DNA of 64,000 nt, taken from a virus. How positions within the stretch are numbered: the stretch's first letter is position 1; every line of letters starts with the position of its first letter. The notes beneath the pieces were generated by a model. That model was given only the letters and a program-made list of their open reading frames with translations. It had not been told where the DNA came from and did no database searches. The DNA is taken from IMG/VR virus record IMGVR_UViG_3300043570_000986, positions 1-64,000 of that record. One strand, written 5' to 3'. Positions 47,601 to 57,783 of this stretch are shown here, one piece after another. The position numbers were made by a program, and so were the translations under genes.

Positions 47601-50600
47601 AATTAAAAGAATTAATTGATTCTAAAGAAAATTTAAATGATCATATTAATTTTGAAATTACAGATTCAGGATTTGTATTAATACTTATAGATGATATGCC
47701 AGTATCTGTTATAGATAATGGTAAAAACTTTAAAGGTACTGAAGAACAAAAGAAAGATTTTTTTGAAGTAAATTATTTATTTTATAAAAATACTGTAGCT
47801 AGAACTATTGAAGAACTAAATGCTAATAAAGCATTAATTAACTTTACAGCTACTTCATTATTAAACTTTACAACTAATAATGAAGATACTCAAACTACAT
47901 TAGAAACTTTACAACAAGAAAATCCTCAAATACCTTTTGTATTAAAAATAGGTCCTAATATGTTAGACCCTTTAAATACTGATACAGATATTTATTATAA
48001 TGAAGAAACAAAAGGTCAATCTGTTAGTAGCAATGAATCTATTGCTAATATTCAAGATGGACTACATTTAGAAATAACTGAAAACTCATATCCTCAATTA
48101 CCTATTAAAGTTAGAATTGCACCTCATGCTAATCTTCAAGAAGAATTAGATAAAGTTAATGCTGCTACAACTCCAGAAGAAAAGATTGCTGCAGTTAAAG
48201 CATTTAATAATGAAGTATTTATTGCATTAAAACCTGTTAAAGGAGTTAATAGAAAAATATCATTATTCTATGATACTAAATCTGATATTTTTGCTTTACA
48301 AGTTGAAGAAAAAACATCTGGTTCTAAATGGGGTGGTGAAACTACTAAAAAGACTGCTGAAATTGTATTACCTAATGTTTCTACTGAATCTATTTTACAA
48401 GGATTAAATGCTAGACAAGTTAATGGTAAAGATGCTAGAGCATTAGTTGAAGCAGATATTAAATACAACAATTATATTGATGAAGATAATCAAGTTATCC
48501 CATCTAGACTTTCTACACCTATTGGACAAGAAGGTTTATTTAAATATGATTTACAAGCACAAATTGCTGATGATGTTAAACCTGCAAGTTCAACTGTAGT
48601 TACTACTACACCTGCTCAACAAACACCTGCTCAAACTACAACAACTACAACTCTTACAAATGAAGAACAAATTGCTAAATATAGAGCAGATGAACAAGCA
48701 GAACTTCTTAAAGCAATACCTAATATAGCTGATTATTCAGATACTTATGGTGAAAATCAAGGCAATATGCCTGATAATTTATATGCTATATACAAACCTA
48801 TTTATGATAAATATAATAAATTAATTACTGATGTATCAGAAAGTAAACCTACTACAGATGCTAAAGCTGATATAGAAAGAAGAAGACAAGAGGAATTAGA
48901 AGCTTTACCATTTGATGAAGAAGCTAAACAAAGACTAGAATTTGCAAAAACAAAAGGGCAAGAAAGATATTTAAGAGAATTAAAATTACAAGCATCTAAA
49001 ATAGCAGGAAGAGTAGATACCTCAACAGGTAAAAGCATACTTATTCCTAGTGGTAGTGATATAATAGAAAAACATAATGCTGAAGATGTATTAAATAATT
49101 CAAATTCTGATATTGAAAGTAGAATTATGGCTATTCAAAAATTAGCTGAAATAAGTAAACCATATAATGAAGGAAGAAAATCTGATATTTTAAAAAGCAT
49201 TGTTAAAATAAAATCAGGAGAGATCTTAGGTGTTGAAGATCTTGAAATTAAAAAAATATATGATGCAGAACTAGCTGCTTTAAAAACTAAACCTGTTACA
49301 ACGTCTACTGCTAATACAGAATTAGAAGCAGATTTTGCTACAATGAATAATAGTACTGCATTTGTAGGTAAAGTTAAAGAAGATTTAATTAATAAATGGA
49401 ATCAAATATTAGGTACTAATTTTCCAACTAAACCTAAGTCTGCACAATTAAGTTTATTTAAATCTGCTGTTGAATCTTATCTTAATAAAATTAATCCTGA
49501 AAGAGGTAAAGATATTGTATATTCAATTGGATTAGAAGAATCTACTGGTATTACTCAACAAGAAATTGATGCAATTAAAGCAATACTTCCTAAGTTTATA
49601 TCTATTGATGATATTAAAACTATTGCTCAAAATTTAAGAGTTAAAGGTATTCCTTATGGTGCATTTAAAAATAAAGTAATTTATTTAAATACTGCTAAAG
49701 GTAAACCAGGTACAGCATACCATGAAGCATTCCATGCTGTATTCAGAACAATGTTAACTGATGCTCAGATACAAAAGTATTTAATGGCTTCTGCTAAAGA
49801 CTTTGTTAAATCTGGTAAAAACATGCAAGAAGAAGTTGCTAAACTTCGTGAAACAGTTGCTGACTATTTAACTAAATCTGATTTAGAATTACAAACTATT
49901 GTGTTAGAAGAACACATGGCGGATAAGTTTCAAGCTTTTTCTGAAAATAAAGTAGGTAGAGAAACTGAACCTTTTTTAAGACAATTGTTTATTAAAATTA
50001 AAGAATTTTTTAAACAATTATTTAGAATGGGTAATGAGTTAGACATGTTCTATAGTAACATTCTAAAAGGTGCATTTGTTAATGCTACACCTATTTCTAA
50101 TGTCTATACTAAGTCTAATGATACAGTATTTAAATTATTACCTAATAAGTTTACAGCTACAGATAATGGATTCTTTACTGCACAAGAATCTAGAAAAATA
50201 ATAAACTCTTTTGCTATTGATATTTATAAGTTTAAAACTGGTAAGTATGGTAAGATTGAAGAATTAACTAATAAAGATGGTTCTGTTAAATCAGATGAAC
50301 AAATTTTAAAATATTTTGTCAATAAGCGTGTTAATGATTTAACAACCAAAGGTTATGATTATGCTGATAGTTTCATGGATACTAATGAAGTTATGGCTAA
50401 TGAAATTAGTAGTAACATTGAAAAAGAACTTTATTTGTATGATGATAAAAATACAAATAGTTCTAACACAAATGGTTATGAAGTATTGAGTAGTTCAGTT
50501 TTAGAAAAATTAAAAATATTTAATTTTAAAAATTCTAGTGAAGATATAACTGAACAAGAAGGTGGTGATGAAAATCAAGAAATTAAAGAAAAGTTTAGTT

Positions 50601-53600
50601 CTCAAGATGCTTGGTTATCAGGAGGTCATGATTCATTATCTCAAACTATTAAAAAGTATGCAGCATTTACTACTAGAACTGAAAAAGATCCTTTAACTGG
50701 TGAAAATAGAGAAGTTGCAATTGATGATGTTACTTTATATAATGGATTAACTAGAATATTAGCAGATACTGCTGAAGAAAATATGATTGCAAAATTACAT
50801 TATGCTTCAGAAAGTAATCCTAATGTTAAAGCTTTTTATGAGCAAATGATTAAAGATTTAGGTGTTACATTTAATTCTGAAGATGGAACTATTACAACAC
50901 CTAGTAATTCTAATAATTATAATATTTACAGAGCATTCTTAAGTAACTTTAAAAAATCTAGAATATCTCAATTAGATGTATTATTAGGTAAAACAGGTTT
51001 AACTTGGGGTAATGCTAATCAAAATGATCCAGCTAAAGTTTCTTTAACTCAATGGGAAAATAATTTATTAGTTGCTTCTGTTAAAAATAAAGCAACTGTT
51101 ATTGCTGCTTCTGCTAAAATTTATGAAGAAGCTAATGATTTTATTAAACCTAAAAAAGATAATGCTGTTGCATTAGAAAAGAAAGTTGAAACATTAAAAA
51201 AAGAATTTGCTAAGTTAGGTATTAATATTACTACTGCTTATATTAGATTTTCTATTTTAAAACAAAAATCTTTATTAAAAACAGTACAAGAAAATCCTAG
51301 TGCTTATTTAACTAAAGATCAAATAACTTTTTTAAATAGTTATGATATAGAAATACCTATTAACTTTGGTACTTTTGCACCAAAATCTGCAAACTTAAAA
51401 ACATTTAGTATTGAAACTTTATTACAAAATGATCCTATTAGTATTTATAAAAAAGATGCAGGGTTAAGTGAGTTAAAAAGTATAGCTGAAAACAATGCTT
51501 TATTTGATGAATCTATTGGTAACTTTTCATTTACTAATGCTGAAGGAGAAAGAGTTTATGAAATTATTAATAAGTCTTATGTATTAGAAGCTATTTCTAA
51601 ATTTAAAGATGGTACTTATTTAAAAAGTTTAATTAATGGTACTGCTATAGGTTTAAATGAAACTGAAACTAAAAATAATTATTTTTTAAAGAATAACTTG
51701 TTAGTTAACAAGTATCAAGATTACTTAAAAGATTTAAAATTAAATATTCTTAGTGGTATTAGAGATACTAATCCAGGTCCTAATAATGAAAATAGAGCAG
51801 GTATTACTTTTGGTAAATTTGATGGTAGAAGTTATTTAGTAAGTGCTTTAGCATTATTTAATAACAATGGTAATAAAGAATCTGGTAAGTATATATTCAG
51901 ACAAAATGAAGCTTCTAGTACTGCTTATGTTGCAGAGTTACCTAAGTTAGCTTTAGTTGGTGAAAATACAATGGATGACAAAACCATTAATGATTTCTTT
52001 GGTAGACAGTTTTTAAATGAATTTGAAAGAATTGGTAGAGAAAAGAAATTATTTGATGCTGGTAAAGGTACTAAATATGAAAAATATAATACTGCATTAA
52101 CAGATAGAGCTTTTGATTTTACTGAATTCCAATATTTAAAAGATATAATGGGTGAAGCTAAATATCAAGAATTAGTTGATACAGCTTTAGCAGGTACACA
52201 ATTAACTGATGTTCAAATGGCAGAAGTTTTAGGTGCTGTTAATACTTATTTAAATAGTGGTTTTGCTGATTTCTTAAAATTAGTAGATGACTATGGACTT
52301 AAATTTGTTGATGGTATTTCTAAAGAAATGTTATCTAATGCAAATTTAAAAAACTTCTACATTAATGATTATATGATGTCTACATCAATAAATGAATTAT
52401 TAGATGGAGATTATGCATTAGGTAGAAAAGATAAAACAGATATTTCTAAAAGAAATAAATCTGCAATGGCTTCTGGTGTTGATTATGGTAAAGGTAGTCA
52501 TAACTCTGCTATCATTAAAGATATTCCAGTTTATGTAAGACAAAATCCTCAAACTAAAGTTTTAGAAAGAGTTGATGCTTCACAAGTTACTAAAAAAGGA
52601 AAAAAATATTTTGATAATGAAAATAATGAAGTTAATGAAATAACTAGTAATGATGCTCAATCTTATGCTGCTCAACATCATATTATGATGGGTTCATTAA
52701 GAATGGGTAGACTAGATGAAAAAACTAAAGAGATTTATAAAAACATTATTCAGTTTACCAAAAGAGATGAGAAAGGTAAAGTTGTAAGAAATGTTAATAT
52801 TGGTAATAAAAATCAATCTCATTTATCTGATGCTTTAGCTTCATTAAACTCTAAAAAAACAGTAGCTTTTGATGGTGTTAATTCATTAATCTTAAAGATG
52901 TCTGAATTTGGTTTAGTTAGAAGTTCAATATCTTATATTGAAGATAAAGATGTAGATAATTTTACAAACTTAACAAATCAGTTAACTGATTTAATGTTTA
53001 ATAAAGATGACTTTGAAAGTGAAGAATTTAGAAGTCTTACTGCTCAAATAGCTAAGTTATATAAACCAGTACCAGGAATGGAATACTGGCATAATTTAGC
53101 TAACAATATGGATAAGAATGCTGTAGATCATGTTGCTACACAATCTGCTTCTAAAGGAGCTACAACACTTGCTGAAGATAGTTTATCTGGTGATTTAAAC
53201 TTATCTAAATCAAGATTTAAAGTTGCTAATAATACTAAAAGATTACAAGTAGAAACTCCTACTGGTAAAAAAGAAATTGTATTTGGTTCTCAAATATTAA
53301 CTATTATTACTAGTGAGTTAGATGACAATTCAGATGTTAATTTTTTAATTGGTGGTAAAGAAATTAAAAATTTAGGTGAATTAAGAGCTGCTTATAATGA
53401 TGCAATTAATGATTCTAGAAATTCTGAATTTACTAAAGCAATTGCTGTTATTAAAGATTTAAAAGGTAAGGCTTTAAGTCCAGATAGTAATTATGATGGA
53501 ATGATTGATACTACGGAGTTAGATGAGATTGTTAAAAGATCTTTAGCTGCAAGTGGTGCTGATGTTCAACAAATGCAATATTTTGAAGGTGGTTATAACT

Positions 53601-56600
53601 ATAACATGATTCAAATGTTAGTTAAAGCTGAACAAGTTATTTTAGCACATTTTAGTAAAGGTGTTTTAAATCAAAAAGTTAATGGTGATAAAGTATCATT
53701 GTTATCTGGTTCAGGTATTACTGTTGTTAGAAATATTGCTACAGGTAATGTTATATCTCATCATGAAGTTGTTAAAAACCCTTCTAAATATACTGACAAA
53801 ACTAAATATTCTACAAATACTACTTTAAAATATAATGAAGAAGATAAAGATGGTAGAAGATATTCTGAATGTATTTTATCTCAAGCTATTTTAACTAGAC
53901 ATGGTTTAAAAGTAGGAGATGAAATTACTGAAAAACATCCAGAGTTATTAAAAATGTTTGGATACCGTATTCCTACAGGTGATAAACAATCTGCTATGTC
54001 ATTAAAAGTAGTTAGTTTATTACCAGATTATTACAATGGTGTAGGTATATTTCCTGATGAAATTGTGTATTTATCTGGAGCTGACTTTGATATTGACTCT
54101 GAGTTTATTCAAATGCCTGCATTTTGGATTAATTCAGAAGGTGTACCAGTTAAATTTGGTACTGAAAAAACTAATGCTGAAAAGTTTGAAGCTTATAAAT
54201 ATTATAACAAAAAATATGATAAGAATTTTAAAGCAGTATACAACAACATATTATCTAAAGATGCTAGACTTACTTCGTTAATAGGTAATGAAGATTTAGA
54301 TAAAGATCAAGTTTCAGCTATTAAAACAATTGTATTTGATGAAGCTTATAAAGAAGCATCTATTAAATTAGGTTTACCTTTTAATGAAAAAGACTTTATT
54401 AAATCTAAATTACAACCTACAGCTAATTACAATAATATAGCAGTAGATTCAATGATTTCTATTTTAACTAATGATTCATTAAATGGTATTACTAATAATA
54501 CTACATCAACAGATGCTTTAAAAGATGTTGCTGAAAATTTAATTAATGGTGGATTTATTAAACAAACTAAAGGTAATATTCAAGAAAAAAATAAATCTGC
54601 TCATGATATTAATGGTAAGTTTGATGCTAATAAAAAGAACTCTGATGGTAAAAATGGTATTGGTATAGCCGCTAATAAAATTCAACAGTTTGCTTTTTTA
54701 ATGTCTAAAATAGGAAATAAAAGTGTCATATTTAATGAAGAATCTTTTAAATTTGAAATTGCTGGACAAGTTGGTGGTATATATCAAGAAAAAAATAAAG
54801 AAGGTCAACGTATTGCAGATAACTTAAACTTACTTTTAAATGCTTTTACAGATAATGCTAAAGATCCTATTGCTGGTAGATTAAACTTAAAGTTTGAATT
54901 ACTTGGTGGTGCTATGGAATTAATTATGCAAGGTATGACATTTGAAAATACTATGAAGTTAATTAATTTACCTATTATTCAAGAATATGGTGAGTTAGCT
55001 AAAACTTTAAAATATGCACTTAAGACTGGTGTAGAATCTAGTTTTACTAAAGAGTCTATTAAAATTGCAGCAATTGCTAAAATACTTTATCCAGAAGAAG
55101 CTAAAAAGAAATTAAGTAGTGCTATTGAATTAGTAAAAAATGCTAAACAAAATAAAGATCCAGAATTACAAACTATATCTAAAAATAATATTGAAAATAT
55201 CTTATTAGGTAAAGGTTTTGAAAGTTCAGATGCTAATGATTTTGAAAATAATAATGATGTACAAATACAAGCATTATTTCAATTTTTAAAAGTTGTTGAT
55301 CAAAATAATGTAATGTCTAACATTAATACATTCCTTAAATTAAATCAAGGATTAGATGTATCATTTACAAACTTACATGATGATTTACATCAAGCAATTG
55401 ATACTTTTAAAATTAATGATTTAGTAGAAACACCTAGTGAAGAATTACAAGTAACTGATGAACCACATATTGATATTACTAGTTTATTAGAAGGAGATAA
55501 AAATACTTTAAATAATATTAAGCGTGCTTTAATTGTAGAAAAACAAGTAGGTCAAAAGATATTTATTGAACAAACTAAAGTATTTAAAAATGAGTTTCAA
55601 AAGTTTTTAAGTAGTTTAAGTCCTTCTTTTACTAAGACTGGAGATAATTTAGCTAAAATAAGTAGAGAGTTTTTAGGATTCTTAGCTGTTAAATCTTATA
55701 TTGCAGATTTAGAAAAATTAAAAAAAGACTTAAATACTTCTGAGGATAACAAAGAAAAAGTAGAAGCAGTTGACAAAAGATTAAAATCAATTGATTTAGG
55801 TTTAGTATTTAATGAATTAAATGCTGAAGGTAAAAAAACTTTAGCTCAACAATTAATTGTCTTAAAAGCTGATCAAGCAACTAAAAATAATTATATTGTT
55901 AACTATTTTTCAGCTAAAATAAATGATGTTAATTTACAACCAGAAGATCAATCTATATATGAAGCTGATGTTATAGATACTAAATCTTTTGTTAAAGAAA
56001 GTAATGAAACTATATCTTTATTAATAGATTCAGTTAAATCTTTATATAGTGATAATACAACTAAATTAGATGAAACAGGATTAACACCAAGAGATTTTGT
56101 TAATAACATGTTAGGTTATTTAATGGTTAAAGATAACATGACATTTAAAAATAATAGTGTTGCAAAATACTTACCTGTTGAAATGTTTGGTAATTATTCT
56201 AAATCATTAGATAATATTATTGAAGCATTAGTTACTAAGTCTGATAAATTATCTGTTAAGTTAGATGATTTAGGATATAACTTTAGAAAACTATATGCTA
56301 CAGATTTAAATACTCCTTACAATGCTCTTAAGTTTGCAGGTATTCAAGATAATGGTAGTTCAATTACAATTACTGAAAATAATCAAGAAATTACATTTAA
56401 AACTAAGAGTAATACTGCATTAGAAATTGCTAAGATAAAATTTCAAATTAGTCAAACTTCTAATGAACAAGTATTAGCAGAATTACAAAAACAACAAAGT
56501 ATATTAGAAAATAAGTTATCTAAAGAAAAACCTATTATTGAAAATAAAGAAGTTTTAGATAAAATGTTTAAATCTGAAAAGACTGAAGAAAAAGGTAGTT

Positions 56601-57322
56601 ATAAAGATAAAGATGGTAAAACAGTTACGTATGATAAATCTTCTTATATCTTTCCTCAGTTTATGCAAATTAGAGTTGGAGAAAAAGGTGAAGCTAAAGC
56701 TCAAGTTTATGAATTAGTTAGTTACACTAGTGAATTAAATAAAAATAAAACTATAGGTATGCAAAAGCATACACTAAATGAAGGTTTTGCTATAGGTGAA
56801 TCTGCTGTATATAAATTAGTTGAAAAGACAGGTAATAAAGGTGTTAGTATATTTTCTACTGGAACTTACGATAATGCAGTTAGTATATTTAGTAAAATTA
56901 CTAAAAAGACTCCTGCTCAAAGAGATGCTGAAAATGTTGTTAATACTGAAGAAGAAGTAGCTGCTCAATTAACTGCAGCTAAAACTACATTAAGTCCTAA
57001 AGAACAACTTCGTGCAGATATTCTTAAAAGAAATCCTAAGTTAGAAACTGAAGCTAATACTCAAGTTATTAATGTAATTCCTGATGAAAATTTGGAAACT
57101 ACTAAAAAAAGCATTAACTTAGATGCAAAAACACAGATGCTTAAAGGTATTGTAAAAGATTTAATTAGTTCTAATAAAGATAAAATTGATTTATTACTTA
57201 CACCTGAAGAAAGAGATATAATGAATACAAGATATAAAAATGTTAGTTCTGTTGAAGAAATTAAAGCATTAAGAGATGATGTATTTCAAATGATTGAAGG
57301 TAAAAACCCATTTAAATGTTAA
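44675..57322 (+). CDS. giant single-chain virion RNA polymerase with zincin domain
   Basis: Catalytic GYRIPT...SGADFDIDS; NDAQSY and LQVETP beta-like motifs; HEAFH...EEHMAD. Confidence 0.9.
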   Translation: MPENPIITPITFDPDKQIKSLTGGQATQLGIESGEAFGLSAPSFGTSQYDKPQETSWSEVKSGDFKYLRGERQTKLDKLGNGLINMAGKTLTTAAEGIVNPFYGTIAALTNTNEKGEWDPSANAYYNNALTQSLDNVGKGFEEFAPTYETKKEATATGLGKLWSFNTISRDILGGAGTTIGAALTGAAWSKGMSLVGKALGAAGSSQEAATIIAEAAESGIAASADKLKYVANESLKKTIKDGARQGTIAITSASGEAGAEAREAEKNVYYKLTHDDFGNEKRMSEGELEYAKMMSKQAGDAAFAMNLPVIMADNWITFGKALFGNKTNDFAKKIIKEGSVLDEATGAYKAIEKGKYANLGYRAGKIGGTMASEGTQEQLQFGIGKTVEDYYKNKYYNPNAADFADSMTKGLAEAYGTQEGWHSGIIGALSAGIAGPGIVLASKGGKAFKDEYITNPEDAIIAKGVESLNQYSAEVIRKKFVDNFVRSANITENKDEALANNDDFNYHNANEDMIFSYVYNRMQNGKLEDLKQELNAFKDLTVEELKNQYGIEINVNNKSKFDELTSTNAVKKFVESRMEKVAAIEDTYNSVTKLFPNANPDVKELLMYSAQGMENTKERRKSLGVEISETVGQPVLQELITRAVPEQEVLSTFITATPENFGTRYASLSLENQENFKAFLKATKNVNELKKDEVIKKLDDLSSLTNREKDFVAAYNALKTPQLQDQFLQQSQTLWDKYANIEKQKNKQDVAEEQAANQPPVQPPANPLDPNDPNNANPPAPGQQPVSAPAAKVDPSNPLAQWYTANKIDYSISEKDLTDALNRDVANKTISEEEAGNIFADWSDNQNKQPAPIQGITPESIEREKQKELEFWKDNLDDAWKAGSKETIREHIEKKYNDLLASIGKQPAPEQNTKDPKRPQSFLMTQTKDRDTALQSNGAVIGNFRGTKEDGTPKYGIPVNGQPVVLSTFAEVQGKLKELIDSKENLNDHINFEITDSGFVLILIDDMPVSVIDNGKNFKGTEEQKKDFFEVNYLFYKNTVARTIEELNANKALINFTATSLLNFTTNNEDTQTTLETLQQENPQIPFVLKIGPNMLDPLNTDTDIYYNEETKGQSVSSNESIANIQDGLHLEITENSYPQLPIKVRIAPHANLQEELDKVNAATTPEEKIAAVKAFNNEVFIALKPVKGVNRKISLFYDTKSDIFALQVEEKTSGSKWGGETTKKTAEIVLPNVSTESILQGLNARQVNGKDARALVEADIKYNNYIDEDNQVIPSRLSTPIGQEGLFKYDLQAQIADDVKPASSTVVTTTPAQQTPAQTTTTTTLTNEEQIAKYRADEQAELLKAIPNIADYSDTYGENQGNMPDNLYAIYKPIYDKYNKLITDVSESKPTTDAKADIERRRQEELEALPFDEEAKQRLEFAKTKGQERYLRELKLQASKIAGRVDTSTGKSILIPSGSDIIEKHNAEDVLNNSNSDIESRIMAIQKLAEISKPYNEGRKSDILKSIVKIKSGEILGVEDLEIKKIYDAELAALKTKPVTTSTANTELEADFATMNNSTAFVGKVKEDLINKWNQILGTNFPTKPKSAQLSLFKSAVESYLNKINPERGKDIVYSIGLEESTGITQQEIDAIKAILPKFISIDDIKTIAQNLRVKGIPYGAFKNKVIYLNTAKGKPGTAYHEAFHAVFRTMLTDAQIQKYLMASAKDFVKSGKNMQEEVAKLRETVADYLTKSDLELQTIVLEEHMADKFQAFSENKVGRETEPFLRQLFIKIKEFFKQLFRMGNELDMFYSNILKGAFVNATPISNVYTKSNDTVFKLLPNKFTATDNGFFTAQESRKIINSFAIDIYKFKTGKYGKIEELTNKDGSVKSDEQILKYFVNKRVNDLTTKGYDYADSFMDTNEVMANEISSNIEKELYLYDDKNTNSSNTNGYEVLSSSVLEKLKIFNFKNSSEDITEQEGGDENQEIKEKFSSQDAWLSGGHDSLSQTIKKYAAFTTRTEKDPLTGENREVAIDDVTLYNGLTRILADTAEENMIAKLHYASESNPNVKAFYEQMIKDLGVTFNSEDGTITTPSNSNNYNIYRAFLSNFKKSRISQLDVLLGKTGLTWGNANQNDPAKVSLTQWENNLLVASVKNKATVIAASAKIYEEANDFIKPKKDNAVALEKKVETLKKEFAKLGINITTAYIRFSILKQKSLLKTVQENPSAYLTKDQITFLNSYDIEIPINFGTFAPKSANLKTFSIETLLQNDPISIYKKDAGLSELKSIAENNALFDESIGNFSFTNAEGERVYEIINKSYVLEAISKFKDGTYLKSLINGTAIGLNETETKNNYFLKNNLLVNKYQDYLKDLKLNILSGIRDTNPGPNNENRAGITFGKFDGRSYLVSALALFNNNGNKESGKYIFRQNEASSTAYVAELPKLALVGENTMDDKTINDFFGRQFLNEFERIGREKKLFDAGKGTKYEKYNTALTDRAFDFTEFQYLKDIMGEAKYQELVDTALAGTQLTDVQMAEVLGAVNTYLNSGFADFLKLVDDYGLKFVDGISKEMLSNANLKNFYINDYMMSTSINELLDGDYALGRKDKTDISKRNKSAMASGVDYGKGSHNSAIIKDIPVYVRQNPQTKVLERVDASQVTKKGKKYFDNENNEVNEITSNDAQSYAAQHHIMMGSLRMGRLDEKTKEIYKNIIQFTKRDEKGKVVRNVNIGNKNQSHLSDALASLNSKKTVAFDGVNSLILKMSEFGLVRSSISYIEDKDVDNFTNLTNQLTDLMFNKDDFESEEFRSLTAQIAKLYKPVPGMEYWHNLANNMDKNAVDHVATQSASKGATTLAEDSLSGDLNLSKSRFKVANNTKRLQVETPTGKKEIVFGSQILTIITSELDDNSDVNFLIGGKEIKNLGELRAAYNDAINDSRNSEFTKAIAVIKDLKGKALSPDSNYDGMIDTTELDEIVKRSLAASGADVQQMQYFEGGYNYNMIQMLVKAEQVILAHFSKGVLNQKVNGDKVSLLSGSGITVVRNIATGNVISHHEVVKNPSKYTDKTKYSTNTTLKYNEEDKDGRRYSECILSQAILTRHGLKVGDEITEKHPELLKMFGYRIPTGDKQSAMSLKVVSLLPDYYNGVGIFPDEIVYLSGADFDIDSEFIQMPAFWINSEGVPVKFGTEKTNAEKFEAYKYYNKKYDKNFKAVYNNILSKDARLTSLIGNEDLDKDQVSAIKTIVFDEAYKEASIKLGLPFNEKDFIKSKLQPTANYNNIAVDSMISILTNDSLNGITNNTTSTDALKDVAENLINGGFIKQTKGNIQEKNKSAHDINGKFDANKKNSDGKNGIGIAANKIQQFAFLMSKIGNKSVIFNEESFKFEIAGQVGGIYQEKNKEGQRIADNLNLLLNAFTDNAKDPIAGRLNLKFELLGGAMELIMQGMTFENTMKLINLPIIQEYGELAKTLKYALKTGVESSFTKESIKIAAIAKILYPEEAKKKLSSAIELVKNAKQNKDPELQTISKNNIENILLGKGFESSDANDFENNNDVQIQALFQFLKVVDQNNVMSNINTFLKLNQGLDVSFTNLHDDLHQAIDTFKINDLVETPSEELQVTDEPHIDITSLLEGDKNTLNNIKRALIVEKQVGQKIFIEQTKVFKNEFQKFLSSLSPSFTKTGDNLAKISREFLGFLAVKSYIADLEKLKKDLNTSEDNKEKVEAVDKRLKSIDLGLVFNELNAEGKKTLAQQLIVLKADQATKNNYIVNYFSAKINDVNLQPEDQSIYEADVIDTKSFVKESNETISLLIDSVKSLYSDNTTKLDETGLTPRDFVNNMLGYLMVKDNMTFKNNSVAKYLPVEMFGNYSKSLDNIIEALVTKSDKLSVKLDDLGYNFRKLYATDLNTPYNALKFAGIQDNGSSITITENNQEITFKTKSNTALEIAKIKFQISQTSNEQVLAELQKQQSILENKLSKEKPIIENKEVLDKMFKSEKTEEKGSYKDKDGKTVTYDKSSYIFPQFMQIRVGEKGEAKAQVYELVSYTSELNKNKTIGMQKHTLNEGFAIGESAVYKLVEKTGNKGVSIFSTGTYDNAVSIFSKITKKTPAQRDAENVVNTEEEVAAQLTAAKTTLSPKEQLRADILKRNPKLETEANTQVINVIPDENLETTKKSINLDAKTQMLKGIVKDLISSNKDKIDLLLTPEERDIMNTRYKNVSSVEEIKALRDDVFQMIEGKNPFKC

Positions 57323-57325
57323 ACT

Positions 57326-57769
57326 ATGGCTTGTAATGTATTAAATAACGCAATAAAAGACATGTATTATAAAGGTATTATGTCTGAAGCTAGGATGGTA
57401 AATCCTAATAAAATAACTGAATTCGATATTGCTAATGAAGAACTTAAAAAAGTTGCTCAAGATTTATATGGAGTTAAAGATAAAGGATTACCTTTTACTA
57501 TTATAGATGAAGGTTTAAAAAAAGAAATAACTGGTTCTACTTATCGTAGAGATAATACTTCTAATGTATTAAGAGCTGAACCTAATAATGAATTTTTTAA
57601 TGAACTTCAGACAAATTTTGATTTAATTGAAACTGAAAATGATAAGTTAGATTATGAAGAAGAAAATAAAATGTCTGAAGATATGTATGAAAGATCAGAT
57701 TATGATGGAATACAAGATTTTGAAAAATTATTAGAGTCAGGAGAAATAACACAATTTTGTAGTAGATAA
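57326..57769 (+). CDS. hypothetical protein, 147 aa
   Basis: ORF track; MAC start like the next gene. Confidence 0.7.
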   Translation: MACNVLNNAIKDMYYKGIMSEARMVNPNKITEFDIANEELKKVAQDLYGVKDKGLPFTIIDEGLKKEITGSTYRRDNTSNVLRAEPNNEFFNELQTNFDLIETENDKLDYEEENKMSEDMYERSDYDGIQDFEKLLESGEITQFCSR

Positions 57770-57783
57770 TTAAAAATAATAAT

